DNA of 64,000 bases. Source: a virus. Shown piece by piece: positions 31,910 through 42,041 of this stretch. Position 1 is the stretch's first letter, and every line of letters begins with the position of its first letter. A program made the translations under genes and the position numbers. Below the pieces are notes generated by a model, which saw nothing but the letters and a program-made list of their open reading frames with translations, did no database searches and was not told where the DNA came from. Where the stretch lies: positions 1 through 64,000 of the IMG/VR virus record IMGVR_UViG_3300021379_000425; one strand, 5' to 3'.

Positions 31910-32233
31910 TCACTCATTCTTCTTCACCCCCCAGTATTTGTCATGGCATTTCTGTGAACAGAAATGTGTATCTTCAAAATCCTCGTCTGTAATCCAACCA
32001 TCTAAACTGTCAGTTGTAGTTTGGCACTGGTCGCAAGTGTACGATACCTCTTGCTCACCATCTATTACTAAGGTATAGTACTCATTAATATCCCAAGAGT
32101 AGTCTGTTCTTCTTTCTTCACCGCATCTGTCACATGTCGCTTCTACCTGTACATGTACAATACCATCGCTATCACTAGGTCTGTACGGTATACTGTAACT
32201 CCACATGTGGTCGCATTCTATTTGTTCTTTCAT
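31910..32233 (-). CDS. Double zinc-finger protein
   Basis: CDH...CDRC; CDQC...FCSQKC. Confidence 0.6.
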   Translation of the reverse strand: MKEQIECDHMWSYSIPYRPSDSDGIVHVQVEATCDRCGEERRTDYSWDINEYYTLVIDGEQEVSYTCDQCQTTTDSLDGWITDEDFEDTHFCSQKCHDKYWGVKKNE

Positions 32234-32520
32234 TCTTCTTCCTCTCCATATTGTTCTTTTACCCATTCTTTTGCCATATCTTGATACTCTTTTGCTATTT
32301 CAAAATAATTACCTTCTAAAGTAAGATAACCAAGTTCTACGCAGGGGTATCTTAATTCCTTGTGCCACGGTGAGCCACGACTACATGCCTCCATCCATGA
32401 ACCTACAACTGCTTTCTCTAGTCTTCTTAGTCGCTCTAATTCATCTGCAATCTTCCATGCTAGTTCAATAAGATGTTTGTGACCATCAAACATCTGTGCC
32501 ATTTCGTCTTTCTCAGTCAT
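32230..32520 (-). CDS. Hypothetical protein
   Basis: Coupled ORF ending GEEEE. Confidence 0.55.
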   Translation of the reverse strand: MTEKDEMAQMFDGHKHLIELAWKIADELERLRRLEKAVVGSWMEACSRGSPWHKELRYPCVELGYLTLEGNYFEIAKEYQDMAKEWVKEQYGEEEE

Positions 32521-32813
32521 TCTTCTTCACTTCCTGTATCTCTAAATTCTGTCCATGAATCGTACACTTGCTCTTCCGCTATGTCGAACTTGACATGCGC
32601 TTCCAGCCCGCATACTCTACAAACAAACGGTACACGGAATCCATTCTTGTCATATCTAGGTGAATGTATACCCGATGGAATCCACTCGTGGGTGACGGGG
32701 CATACTACACTACTGTATCCAGTAGCCTCCCACTCCCCCAGCCTAGCCATTCTCTCTTGCAGTGCAAGCATTTCATTTCTCAATTGAGTCTTGTAATCGT
32801 CTGTCTTTGTCAT
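32517..32813 (-). CDS. Zinc-binding hypothetical protein
   Basis: CPVTH...CRVC. Confidence 0.55.
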   Translation of the reverse strand: MTKTDDYKTQLRNEMLALQERMARLGEWEATGYSSVVCPVTHEWIPSGIHSPRYDKNGFRVPFVCRVCGLEAHVKFDIAEEQVYDSWTEFRDTGSEEE

Positions 32814-33226
32814 TCTTCTTCACCTCTCACAGTAAATTCAATTGGTTCGCTTGATACCTTAGTTTCGTCATCCCATTTGTATGAGTATGGAATAAATGTG
32901 GAAATTGAACCACCATCGGGGGCAGTAAAAACACCATGCTGATTCAAGAATTGATAATCTAAATCATGCTTGGACATGAAGTTCATGGCACAATGAACAA
33001 AGCGATTCAGCCGCTTGACTTCTGCTAGTAAATCGGGTGCGGCGGCTATCAGTTTAGCGTTCCTTGCTTGTACATCTTTGTATAGAGGGTGATAATCTAA
33101 ATAGCAAACATGCTCATCTGCGATTTCATTATTACCTTTTACTCTCACTTCATCTTTACGGACACTTTCATGGTGTACCACAAACCAACTGCTATCATGT
33201 CCTTCGTACTTGCTCGTATCAATCAT
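32810..33226 (-). CDS. MIDTSKYEG/LIAAAP family paralog
   Basis: MIDTSKYEGH...NAKLIAAAPDLLAEVKRL. Confidence 0.65.
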   Translation of the reverse strand: MIDTSKYEGHDSSWFVVHHESVRKDEVRVKGNNEIADEHVCYLDYHPLYKDVQARNAKLIAAAPDLLAEVKRLNRFVHCAMNFMSKHDLDYQFLNQHGVFTAPDGGSISTFIPYSYKWDDETKVSSEPIEFTVRGEEE

Positions 33227-33231
33227 TCTTC

Positions 33232-33552
33232 TCATTTGTAAACACCTCTTTGTAGTCCAAACATGACATGCCAAACATCCATGCAAGCATTAGCATATTC
33301 AATGTCGCTGATTGTGTTCTTGAAGTTGTCATACTGCATGTCATTGAATCTCTTCGATACAACCTCAATCACTTTGTCTCTCGGTATCTCAGCCCTGTAC
33401 AAGTAATCGGCAGTCGGGTCAGTGAACATGACACCCTTGCCAAAGATACGAGGTATGGTTCTCTCCTGCCTTGCCCTTACCAGTAGCATGTCGGGATTAC
33501 TACGGTGAGCAACAATGCTCAACCATCCTTCTGTAAACGCCAGCCACATCAC
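33232..33552 (-). CDS. Conserved phage hypothetical protein
   Basis: W....G.LSIV...LLVRAR...DYLYRA...YDNFK pattern. Confidence 0.65.
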   Translation of the reverse strand: MMWLAFTEGWLSIVAHRSNPDMLLVRARQERTIPRIFGKGVMFTDPTADYLYRAEIPRDKVIEVVSKRFNDMQYDNFKNTISDIEYANACMDVWHVMFGLQRGVYK

Positions 33553-33717
33553 TCAGCACTCTCCAATTCTTTTAACACACTTTTCAAACAGTCATGAAAT
33601 CTTTTTGCATCAATAACAAATTTCTTCTTGGTGTATTCTCTTGATTCTACTTGCCAATATTTTTCGGGGTACATTCTCAGTAGTTCTTTTATCATCTCTA
33701 TTGCTTTTTCTTCCATC

Positions 33718-34185
33718 TCAATTCCTCCTGTAAATGTAGTAGTCTATGTCATCAATCTGCACATGATTTTCTTCATGGTCATAAGACGCAAGGAAATGTC
33801 CTCGCCCATCACAACGCACTGCATCTTCAACAAAGTAATCGAAGTCTTTTATCATCGCCTTGAGTGGTTCATTAGCACCCTCACATTCTTTTTGGATTAT
33901 CTCAATTGCGTCAGCGTCAACTCCTGTGTGTGCTTGTAAGAATGATGGTGTGAATGCCCATACTAATTCTTCAATCTCTTCTCTTACCCATTCGTCTGCT
34001 TGCTCATCAGTTAGCACTAAGGTATCTTCCATGTCAATTTCATGTTGTGCATCTTCTAACTCACTTGCAGTGAGTTTTCCCCTGTGCAATGCTAAAGCGA
34101 CTGCCTCAGTAGAAGCATTTGTATCATCCAATGTGTTCCTCCATAGGTCTTCTTTCAATTTATCATATTCGTATTTCATATTCAT
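33718..34185 (-). CDS. Acidic hypothetical protein
   Basis: DGRGHFLASYD...YIYR ending; very acidic. Confidence 0.6.
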   Translation of the reverse strand: MNMKYEYDKLKEDLWRNTLDDTNASTEAVALALHRGKLTASELEDAQHEIDMEDTLVLTDEQADEWVREEIEELVWAFTPSFLQAHTGVDADAIEIIQKECEGANEPLKAMIKDFDYFVEDAVRCDGRGHFLASYDHEENHVQIDDIDYYIYRRN

Positions 34186-34391
34186 TCCTCCTTATCCTTT
34201 TTTATCAATCTCATAATTCTCTTGAATTCTTTTTCCTCAAACACCTTTTCGATTATGTCTCTCAAGTCACCGTGAAGACTACACATTTCGTCATACTCCA
34301 AATCGTAAGCATGACAAAATGCATTTGTCTCATGTTCTAAGTAAGTCCATGTGGTTAGTATGTAGTCTGCCAAATAGTACATCATGTTCAT
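34182..34391 (-). CDS. Hypothetical protein
   Basis: 69-aa coupled ORF. Confidence 0.5.
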   Translation of the reverse strand: MNMMYYLADYILTTWTYLEHETNAFCHAYDLEYDEMCSLHGDLRDIIEKVFEEKEFKRIMRLIKKDKEE

Positions 34392-34633
34392 TCATATTCC
34401 TCCTGCTCTACATGTACCCACTCTTCGGTTACATTGACTGGTACATTGATGTCAAATTGTTGACCGCACTCATTACCTTCTTCGTCTTCTTGTTCGCAGT
34501 ACATTACAAAATCAAAGACAATTCCATTGTCTCCCATGTCCACCATGTCAGGATTGAGATAATCTAAATCCCACACTATGTCTACTATCGTTGTCTTGCC
34601 ACATTTGTTACATGTTATCTTCATTGCTTTCAC
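34388..34633 (-). CDS. Acidic zinc-ribbon protein
   Basis: CNKC...C..C; first gene after a promoter copy. Confidence 0.55.
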   Translation of the reverse strand: MKAMKITCNKCGKTTIVDIVWDLDYLNPDMVDMGDNGIVFDFVMYCEQEDEEGNECGQQFDINVPVNVTEEWVHVEQEEYE

Positions 34634-34672
34634 TCATCCTTTTGGTTTGGTTGGTATTTCCAACCTTATTCT

Positions 34673-34692
34673 CTTTATCAGTTTAAATAGTC
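34673..34692 (-). promoter_or_regulatory. Viral promoter motif copy 4
   Basis: Exact 20-mer. Confidence 0.8.
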
Positions 34693-34703
34693 AGTAATTA
34701 AAA

Positions 34704-35354
34704 CTAGGCTACTCGCCTCGCCAAATCCTGCACTCGCTGTTGCATTATGTTACGAGTTTGATTATCTCGTAAGTGTTGAAGCGCATCTTCCATTGCTGAT
34801 TGCCCTCCGTGAATATCGTAAGACCTTCCTATGTCTTGTTCTGTTATACCTGCTAATGCAGGATTCTTTTCTCGTAGTGTATCTAGTTCACCTACGCTTG
34901 TAGCAAACGCACCACCTTTCGGTGCGCCCATTGCCCTGTACTTCCCAGCCCCGCCTACATCAACATAGGAGAGTGTACCATCGGGTCTTCGTATTGCATT
35001 GTCGCCCTCCATCCCTAGTACATCCCAGTTCGCTACAAGGGCGTGGGGTACAAAGTCTGTCGTCAGTTGGCGTATGTCTTGTTGTGTAGGATTGTATCCT
35101 ACTGGTTGTCCTGCCTCCATTTCTGTGAGCATAGTATCACCTTGTAGTCCTGCTCGTGGTACTGCCACTCCCAACGCATTGAGATATTGATTCATGTCAA
35201 ATTCATTTTGTATATGGTCGGGGTGTGCGCCACGCTTCTCTACAAATCTACCCATTGGTAGGTCGTGTCCTCTTGCGCCAGTCGAGCCACCCATGAACCT
35301 ACCCTGTGGTTGGTTCTGCCTTAGATAGTCAAAGGCTTCATCGAATGCGCTCAT
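34704..35354 (-). CDS. Atypical kinase-fold protein (HipA/PI3-4-kinase-like) with N-terminal AFDEAFDYLR tag
   Basis: Gly loop GGSTG, FVEK, NE, catalytic-loop-like ANWDVLG..GDN, VDVGG. Confidence 0.6.
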   Translation of the reverse strand: MSAFDEAFDYLRQNQPQGRFMGGSTGARGHDLPMGRFVEKRGAHPDHIQNEFDMNQYLNALGVAVPRAGLQGDTMLTEMEAGQPVGYNPTQQDIRQLTTDFVPHALVANWDVLGMEGDNAIRRPDGTLSYVDVGGAGKYRAMGAPKGGAFATSVGELDTLREKNPALAGITEQDIGRSYDIHGGQSAMEDALQHLRDNQTRNIMQQRVQDLARRVA

Positions 35355-35379
35355 GACTATCGCAAGGATTCACCATTAA

Positions 35380-35595
35380 TTATTCTTCTTCGCAAGCGGA
35401 AGGCATCCTGTATGATGGAACTAACATTCTCTCGTCACGGAATGCCTGCCAGCCAGTAGGAGTCTTTACCATTAAATCTCCAACATATATCTGTGGCATA
35501 CTATTTACTTCAATTACCTGTGAAATAAATTTCGATATTTGTTCGCACCTTATCCATGCATGTCTTCCTTGCTTTATCTTAAACTTCCTTGTCAT
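35380..35595 (-). CDS. Hypothetical protein
   Basis: 71-aa coupled ORF. Confidence 0.5.
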   Translation of the reverse strand: MTRKFKIKQGRHAWIRCEQISKFISQVIEVNSMPQIYVGDLMVKTPTGWQAFRDERMLVPSYRMPSACEEE

Positions 35596-36371
35596 TCTTT
35601 CACCTCTCTTTTACTTACTATCAAAATCTCATTTGACTCTTTACTACTGTTCATTCCGTACTTCCATTCAAGCGGAATAATTTCAAAGTCACTATACCAC
35701 TTCTCGATTTGTTCATTACCATTGTAGGACATGACTATTTTCCAGCCCAGCGCATCCAGTCCTTTGACAACTTTGACTAATGCTTTGTGGTCGAAGTCTT
35801 TGTGCATGTCACCTTTGTTACCGTACAAATTATTCTCTATCATGTAAGGCGGGTCAAGGTAAATCACTTTGCCCGATGGTTCTTCTCCCATCAACATTCG
35901 TAGGAAAGTGAATGCATCATTGTGACCTACCTGCACATTCGGTGCTTCAAAATATCTCAGCCTGTCAATGGATGCTTGATTGAATCTTGGATGGTCGGGT
36001 GACATACCTCCCGAATTAGTTGAACCCGAAAAGGATGCCCTGTTTAGAACATAGAACATAGAAGCAATGTCAAGAGGCTTCCATGTCTTAGGTAACTTTT
36101 CTTGTAAGGATTTGAATTCATCCTTTGACAATGGGTGATACTCTTCCACCTTGTCTGCTAAACTGATTGGGTCTTTGAGTACCTGTTGCCAAAACATTGC
36201 GACTGGTTTGTACAAGTCACAACCGATGACCTTACCTTTCTCGGAGAAAGCAAACTCGATTGAGCCTCCCCCAAAGAAGGGAGAGTACAATGTGTCTGCG
36301 CCCTCAAGGTAAGGTAGGATGTGCTTGACTGCCCTACTCTTACCACCGACATATCTTAGAATACTCTTCAC
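35592..36371 (-). CDS. D12-class (Dam-like) N6-adenine DNA methyltransferase
   Basis: YVGGKS, PFFGGGS, YLDPPY, SYN motifs. Confidence 0.92.
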   Translation of the reverse strand: MKSILRYVGGKSRAVKHILPYLEGADTLYSPFFGGGSIEFAFSEKGKVIGCDLYKPVAMFWQQVLKDPISLADKVEEYHPLSKDEFKSLQEKLPKTWKPLDIASMFYVLNRASFSGSTNSGGMSPDHPRFNQASIDRLRYFEAPNVQVGHNDAFTFLRMLMGEEPSGKVIYLDPPYMIENNLYGNKGDMHKDFDHKALVKVVKGLDALGWKIVMSYNGNEQIEKWYSDFEIIPLEWKYGMNSSKESNEILIVSKREVKE

Positions 36372-36661
36372 GCCGTCACCTCCACGCCTTCTTCATCTCC
36401 TAACACAGACCAATCAAACTCACCGTCTGCTTTCCATCGAATGACCCAACTTTTAGGAACATACTTGATATGCTCTTTGTGTAGTTTGACTCTTTGGTGA
36501 AGTCGGTTTGAATCACCATGAGCAGGGCATAAGCCCCACTCCATGTCTCCTTCATGTTTATCCCACTTCGGAGTTCGCTCGATGAAGTATGGCTCTTGTT
36601 CATCACCACACTCCATACAATACCAACTCATCTTGAGTGAATGGTACTGTCTTTTACTCAC
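36368..36661 (-). CDS. Zinc-binding hypothetical protein
   Basis: GTG start inside the junction repeat; CMEC...CPAH. Confidence 0.55.
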   Translation of the reverse strand: MSKRQYHSLKMSWYCMECGDEQEPYFIERTPKWDKHEGDMEWGLCPAHGDSNRLHQRVKLHKEHIKYVPKSWVIRWKADGEFDWSVLGDEEGVEVTA

Positions 36662-36831
36662 GCCGTCACCTCCACGCCTTTTTCTTTCAACCATTTGATA
36701 ATATCATTCACATCTCGTTCAGCCAAATCCCACTGTTCATCGGCTCTATAATTATCACGCTCTTGAATGAACCTTTGATAACTGATACCTCTTTCAACAA
36801 GTTGCCACAACATAGTTTCTGTAATTTTCAC
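36658..36831 (-). CDS. Small hypothetical protein
   Basis: GTG start inside the junction repeat; ends GVEVTA. Confidence 0.5.
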   Translation of the reverse strand: MKITETMLWQLVERGISYQRFIQERDNYRADEQWDLAERDVNDIIKWLKEKGVEVTA

Positions 36832-37373
36832 GCCGTCACCTCCACGCCTCGCCACCAGTCGGGAGCAGGTGTACCCTTCTCCCACTTGGCGAACTGCTTG
36901 GAATGGTAGTATCTTCTGTATGCATTGACCGCTACCTGCCCCTCCGCATGATACAAGTCTTGCCAGTTGTTGTCAACTGGTCTGTACTCATCGGGCATTG
37001 CTAGAGCAAATGGTGTTTTGTCACCACTGGGTAGCATACTTGTCATGGCAGACATTTGGTAGATTGCATTGTGGCATGTGTGTACCTTACCGAACCTGTT
37101 GTAGTATTCGTCAAGCAGTGCCTCCCCATGCCATGCAAGCCACTGGAAGTTACCTACTGAGTCACCAGCCCATACTGTGCAAGGGTGATGGGCATAGCCA
37201 CCCTTGTAGGGTGTACCACTCTTGGTAAGTGGCATCTGCTCATCAGTCGCACCGTGTCTTCTCAATGCACTAGCCATCATCTGCGCTGTCTCAACAACCA
37301 TCTTTGGTATGTGCTTGTCGCACATCATGTTTGCCGATGTGAATGCGTTCTCGTGTAATACAAATATGTTCAT
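36828..37373 (-). CDS. Pyrimidine-dimer DNA glycosylase-like (DenV-related) protein
   Basis: MNIFVL, DKHIPKM..ETAQM, HPCTVW, EYYNRFGKVH, AYRRYY motifs. Confidence 0.85.
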   Translation of the reverse strand: MNIFVLHENAFTSANMMCDKHIPKMVVETAQMMASALRRHGATDEQMPLTKSGTPYKGGYAHHPCTVWAGDSVGNFQWLAWHGEALLDEYYNRFGKVHTCHNAIYQMSAMTSMLPSGDKTPFALAMPDEYRPVDNNWQDLYHAEGQVAVNAYRRYYHSKQFAKWEKGTPAPDWWRGVEVTA

Positions 37374-39703
37374 TCTATCAATTCCTTCAATAAACTATTT
37401 GAAAGAGAAACCTTCTTTTGATAATCGGAATAAGCCCCTTCGTATTTGCTTTCCCCGTTAGTAAGAGAAAGCACTTCTTTCATCTTTTTCAATCTCTTTA
37501 TGTTGCTTTCAATGCTATTTAACGCTCCAATCATGTCAGCAATTAACATGAATTCATCTTGTGCGAAATATGTTTTCTCTTCATCAGTTTGAATATGCTC
37601 ATCCCAATTGTGAATAGGTTTTACTAAAACAACTGTACCTTGTTTTTTTCTCTCCCACAAATGATGCACTCTATTCATTCTGTGATATACTGTTACTTTT
37701 CCTGTATCGGACAAGGAAATCATGTTTCTAAATTCCGCCCATCCTGTCTCATCTTTGGCTTTGTCATACAAAGCAACCAATATATTCATCACTTCTTTAT
37801 CATCGTTTATTCTCATTTTTATTCTCTCCCTAGTACTTTGTTTAGGCTGATTTGTGGGTCGCCTAACACCCATCTAAGTGAGTAGCAGACTCCCTGCAAC
37901 CCCTTGTAGTCTCTCATGTGTTTCGCTTTCTCCTTCATTGAAGTATTTTTATCGTGAATTAATTTTTTGTGCTTCGCCCTTTCAGCCTCAGCGAACTCTA
38001 ACAACTGGTAGATTTCAGCCCACTCTTTATCGTAAGTGAATCTACTGTCGTCAATCATTTTCATTCACCTCTCTTTCATAGCAGTAAAGACATTCGTAGT
38101 TACCGTCTTCATCTTTACCTAGTGTCTTACCACGCCAATATTCATAACAACCGTGACCGTCATCGGGTCTTTGACATACAGGACACCATCCTGCATGGAC
38201 AACCATGTGTTGATAATACTGCCATTCAAGAAGACCGTAGCCATCAATCAAGTGTTTAACTATTACATCCTTCCAGTCGGACATGTACCTATGGTAATCT
38301 TCTTCTTTGGTGCATTCAGCCCATTCAGGTTTGTCAATCATCTTAATTCCTCAGCAATTGTTTCGTCTATTCCATCCATGAATACAGGTGCATCAATAGC
38401 CTCTAAATATCGGTTCAAGTCATGCTCGAAATGTTCTATGTGGTCATCATATACCTTCTGTGCTAACTCAACACATTCTTTCATTCTCTTTATCGCATAA
38501 TTGAAATCGTGGTACACCTCTTCATAATCATCCATGTTACAATCACCAGTATCTCTCACTGTTTCCCTAACTTGTGAAGAAGACTCCTTCACTTTACTGA
38601 ATGCTTCGTCAATCAATTGTTGGTATCTCACTAAGCGACTCTCTAAGAATCGCAATTTGTTAGTCAAGAAATCATTCATGCCCATTCCTCAGCGAAAGCA
38701 CTATCATCAAACAGGTCAGCCTCATCATGCTTACGCAAGGGCAGTAGTAGCGAAGGCTTCATGTTCTTGATTTTCTTTACTGCATCCTCAAACCCATCGG
38801 GTAACTCGAATAGATATTCCTCGTCTTCGTCAATCAGCCCTGCATCCTTACCATCAAGGAAAGCAATGTACGGTAGTATCATTGACTTACCCTCATCATC
38901 TACAAAGATGTCTTTGTCAATCTTGTACTCGGACTGTATCTCTACACGGAAGTTATTGTTAACGCCATCAACAACTGTATGAGGTATCAACATCACCCAC
39001 GACATAGGTACATCGTGGAAGTTAGCAATGTGTTGTAATGTATGAACTAACTTGAACTTGACAGTCATGTTATCTTCCAGTGCCTCCAAAACAAATGTTT
39101 GTGTGGGATGAAAGGGATGCTTACTCGAATTACTTTTGAGTAGTGCTTTGTTGTGAAACTTCATTTCATCAAGCAAAGTATTCATCCACTTAGGCATACC
39201 ATAAGATGAATCCATGTCATCATACAGTTGTTTTATTTTCTCGGTAAAAGTCATTCCTCTTCATCCTCCATTACAAATCTGTTCTCATCCAATTCAGTGA
39301 CGAGTCCTTCCTCAGTAGCGAAGTTAATCAGTGCGTTAGCACCCATATCCTTCTCATTCAAATCGAATTGCCATGCGTTGTCTTTGTTACCATTGTTGTC
39401 TGCAATATCCAAATACAATTGATAGCCGTCATTGTATTTGTACACAATCATGTGTCCACGCAAGTAGTCTTTCGCATTGGTAGCAAGAGACTCAACAGCG
39501 TATTCAAGGTAAGAGTTGTAGTCAATAGTAACACCCTGTGGTAGAGTGAGGTTGACTGCGAACCCGTACTCTCTATTGTATTCTGTTTCAGCATAACCTT
39601 GTATGTGAAGTGCTGATACACCGTTCACCATCTTCAATTGTAGTATTGCTTCGCCTTTCGTTAGTTCTTTTTGTTTATACCATTCGTCATTCATTTTATT
39701 CAC
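37370..39703 (-). other. Run of six coupled hypothetical early genes (37370-37816, 37819-38064, 38051-38341, 38338-38685, 38676-39254, 39251-39703)
   Basis: Contiguous - strand ORFs with short overlaps; no recognisable motifs other than Cys pairs in 38051-38341. Confidence 0.55.
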
Positions 39704-40827
39704 TCTCCTTGTTGTGTTACTCCTTTAAACCAATTATTAATGCTGATACTGTCAATTGAATTTTGGTACACTTTGTACTTACCTCTCAATATGTCTTGAT
39801 GCATTTGTGAAGGTGTAGGTAAGGTTTCAACCTCAGCCTCACCTTTCAACTCTATTTTATTAGTACGCTCAAGAACTTCACTGTATTCTATTGTACTTGC
39901 GAATGAATCTGCATCTGCTTTGTCAATAAATGATTTAACAGTAATGTTCTTAGTCGAATTATTATGATGAGTGATGTTGTTCTTGGCGTAGTAACTGTAT
40001 GTAGAGAACTCCATGTAACCTCTTGAAACGCTCATTTGCACATCGTATTGTGATATGGTATTCTCATTACCCAGTGGCTTCCAGCCGTGAACAGGTGTTT
40101 GTAATCCGTAGTGGGTGTTGTATCTTAGCGGAGTGTACACCCAGCCGTTAACTACATCACCCTCTTTTCTCACTTTACCAGTAGCAGAAATATGCTTAGT
40201 TCTTATCTCATTGAGCCAGCCCCAAGAGTTCCATTTGAATTTACGACCCCTGCCTTGAGTAACTTGTGTGACTGAGCCACCTCTTTTCATTCTGTTGAGA
40301 GAGTTGTTGATTTTCTTGAGTACATCTTTTTCATCAACTGAGTTGATGAGTGTACGCATGACTGGTTGAGCAAGGTCAAGGTCTACATCAATATTCATTG
40401 AAGTCCAATAGTAACTACCTTTGTAAGCAAGTCTAACTCGGTTGTTAGAATAATCATGTGGTGAGATGTGTAACCTACTACTCCATCTTGATGTAGGATG
40501 GTTTCTGTGAATCATCTGTCCACCCTTGTCGTATACCCATGTGAGTACACCTTCAATCTTAGTAGTAGCAATCAGCCCAGCCTCAACCAAGTATGCAATC
40601 TTAGTGTGCCTGTTAATTAGTTCACTAGCAGTTGGTTCTGCTTCCATGCCCAATGTAATCATGCTGTATCTAACTGCTGAATCCATTGCACAATGGTCGC
40701 CATACTTACCAGTCAGCATACCAATAGCAAGAGTATTGATTGCTTCGTCAGTAGTGAAGCCTACGCTATCACCAATCACTCCAAGTTCTTTCCATGTTTG
40801 TCCGTTTTCATATCCACTGTAATACAT
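39700..40827 (-). CDS. Hypothetical protein (375 aa)
   Basis: Long ORF directly after a promoter copy. Confidence 0.65.
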   Translation of the reverse strand: MYYSGYENGQTWKELGVIGDSVGFTTDEAINTLAIGMLTGKYGDHCAMDSAVRYSMITLGMEAEPTASELINRHTKIAYLVEAGLIATTKIEGVLTWVYDKGGQMIHRNHPTSRWSSRLHISPHDYSNNRVRLAYKGSYYWTSMNIDVDLDLAQPVMRTLINSVDEKDVLKKINNSLNRMKRGGSVTQVTQGRGRKFKWNSWGWLNEIRTKHISATGKVRKEGDVVNGWVYTPLRYNTHYGLQTPVHGWKPLGNENTISQYDVQMSVSRGYMEFSTYSYYAKNNITHHNNSTKNITVKSFIDKADADSFASTIEYSEVLERTNKIELKGEAEVETLPTPSQMHQDILRGKYKVYQNSIDSISINNWFKGVTQQGE

Positions 40828-40859
40828 TCTTTCACTTCCTTTTGTTTCATCTCTCTTTT

Positions 40860-40879
40860 CTTTATCAGTTTAAATAGTC
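40860..40879 (-). promoter_or_regulatory. Viral promoter motif copy 5
   Basis: Exact 20-mer. Confidence 0.8.
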
Positions 40880-40890
40880 AGTAATTAATT

Positions 40891-41187
40891 TCATTCAATC
40901 ATCTCCATTTCGTCAAAGTCAAAGTTATCCCAAAGAGTATGACCTGCCCAGCATACTCCCATTTCACTTATCATGTTATTATCGAGAAGTAGTTCTTTGT
41001 TCTCACACAATAAGGCATACATCTCTTCAACATTATCCATGATGTTTGAAAAGAACCCGTAATTATCAAGGTGTTCTATTGCGAATAAGTCCGCAAGTGT
41101 CCATGCTTCATCATTGACTTCAATGGGTGCTTCGTCTTCGTCTTTGAAGTTGCTTCGTAGTATTGATATTAGTTCTTCTTTGTTCAT
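40891..41187 (-). CDS. Acidic hypothetical protein, duplicate A
   Basis: Close paralog of 44599-44895. Confidence 0.7.
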   Translation of the reverse strand: MNKEELISILRSNFKDEDEAPIEVNDEAWTLADLFAIEHLDNYGFFSNIMDNVEEMYALLCENKELLLDNNMISEMGVCWAGHTLWDNFDFDEMEMIE

Positions 41188-41191
41188 TCTT

Positions 41192-42041
41192 TCATCTCCT
41201 AGTTAGATACCTTTCATCAATCCCTGTGAGGAATGACCTTATCTCCGCCTTAGTCATTTTTTCGGCTATCGACCATCCACCGACATACGAGCCATCATTA
41301 GGAATCCGACTCTTTACTGCATCCCATACGCATTCAGCCCAGTTCATACCGTAGGGTTCATCACGCCACTTGCCGTATGCGAAACCGTGGGCTACATCAT
41401 AAGGGTTTAATCTCCATTCTTGGTCTTCCCACAAACTATCCGTCCATCCATTCACATAATCCCTAATCTCGGAATAAGGAAGATGCCATGTCAAAGTAAC
41501 AAGGTGTTCTTCTTCCTCGCCTTCTGCTATTATGTGGTCTTTTCCATCTTCAAATATGAAATACATACTCTCTTTTTTGTTAGTCATTCTTAATCCTCCA
41601 ATGGGATAACTTCTGTAATGTTACCACACATGGGGCAAAAGATACGGTCTGCTCCGTCACCGTATATGTCATCCCAAATGTATAACAGTTCTTTCAATAG
41701 TTCTTTCATTCCACCATTGCTTCCGCAATTGTTACATTTTATTTCATCTACATCATCTGTTCTCATTCTTCTTCCTCCTTTCTTATCCATCCATCTTCTT
41801 CTGTGTATGTGTACAATTCTTTGAGAAGTATGTAACCATCCTGTTCAACATACTCATCGGGTAATGGTTCGTACAAATCAATCAGCCGATAGTCGTCAAG
41901 ACACACATTGTAATTTTCAACACCATCCCAAAGAGCATTGCCACTTAGAACCATTTCTATCAATTGTTCTTTGCTGTATTTTCGATACTCTTTTTTCCTT
42001 TTCTCGATGTATTCTAATTTCTTTCTTGTTTCTTCCTTCAT
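41192..42041 (-). other. Three small hypothetical genes (41192-41587, 41590-41766 Zn ribbon, 41763-42041)
   Basis: Coupled ORFs; CNNC...CPMC in the middle one. Confidence 0.55.

Larger units (their letters stand above)
36368..36849. repeat. Three identical 22-bp direct repeats at gene junctions (36368-36389, 36658-36679, 36828-36849)
   Basis: TCACGCCGTCACCTCCACGCCT; on the - strand it encodes GVEVTA-stop and contains the GGAGGTGA RBS and the GTG start of the next gene. Confidence 0.9.

Noticed and set aside
36368-36849. 22-bp repeats as a mini-CRISPR array
   Set aside because: Spacing is 170-290 bp and unequal, and the intervening DNA is protein-coding.
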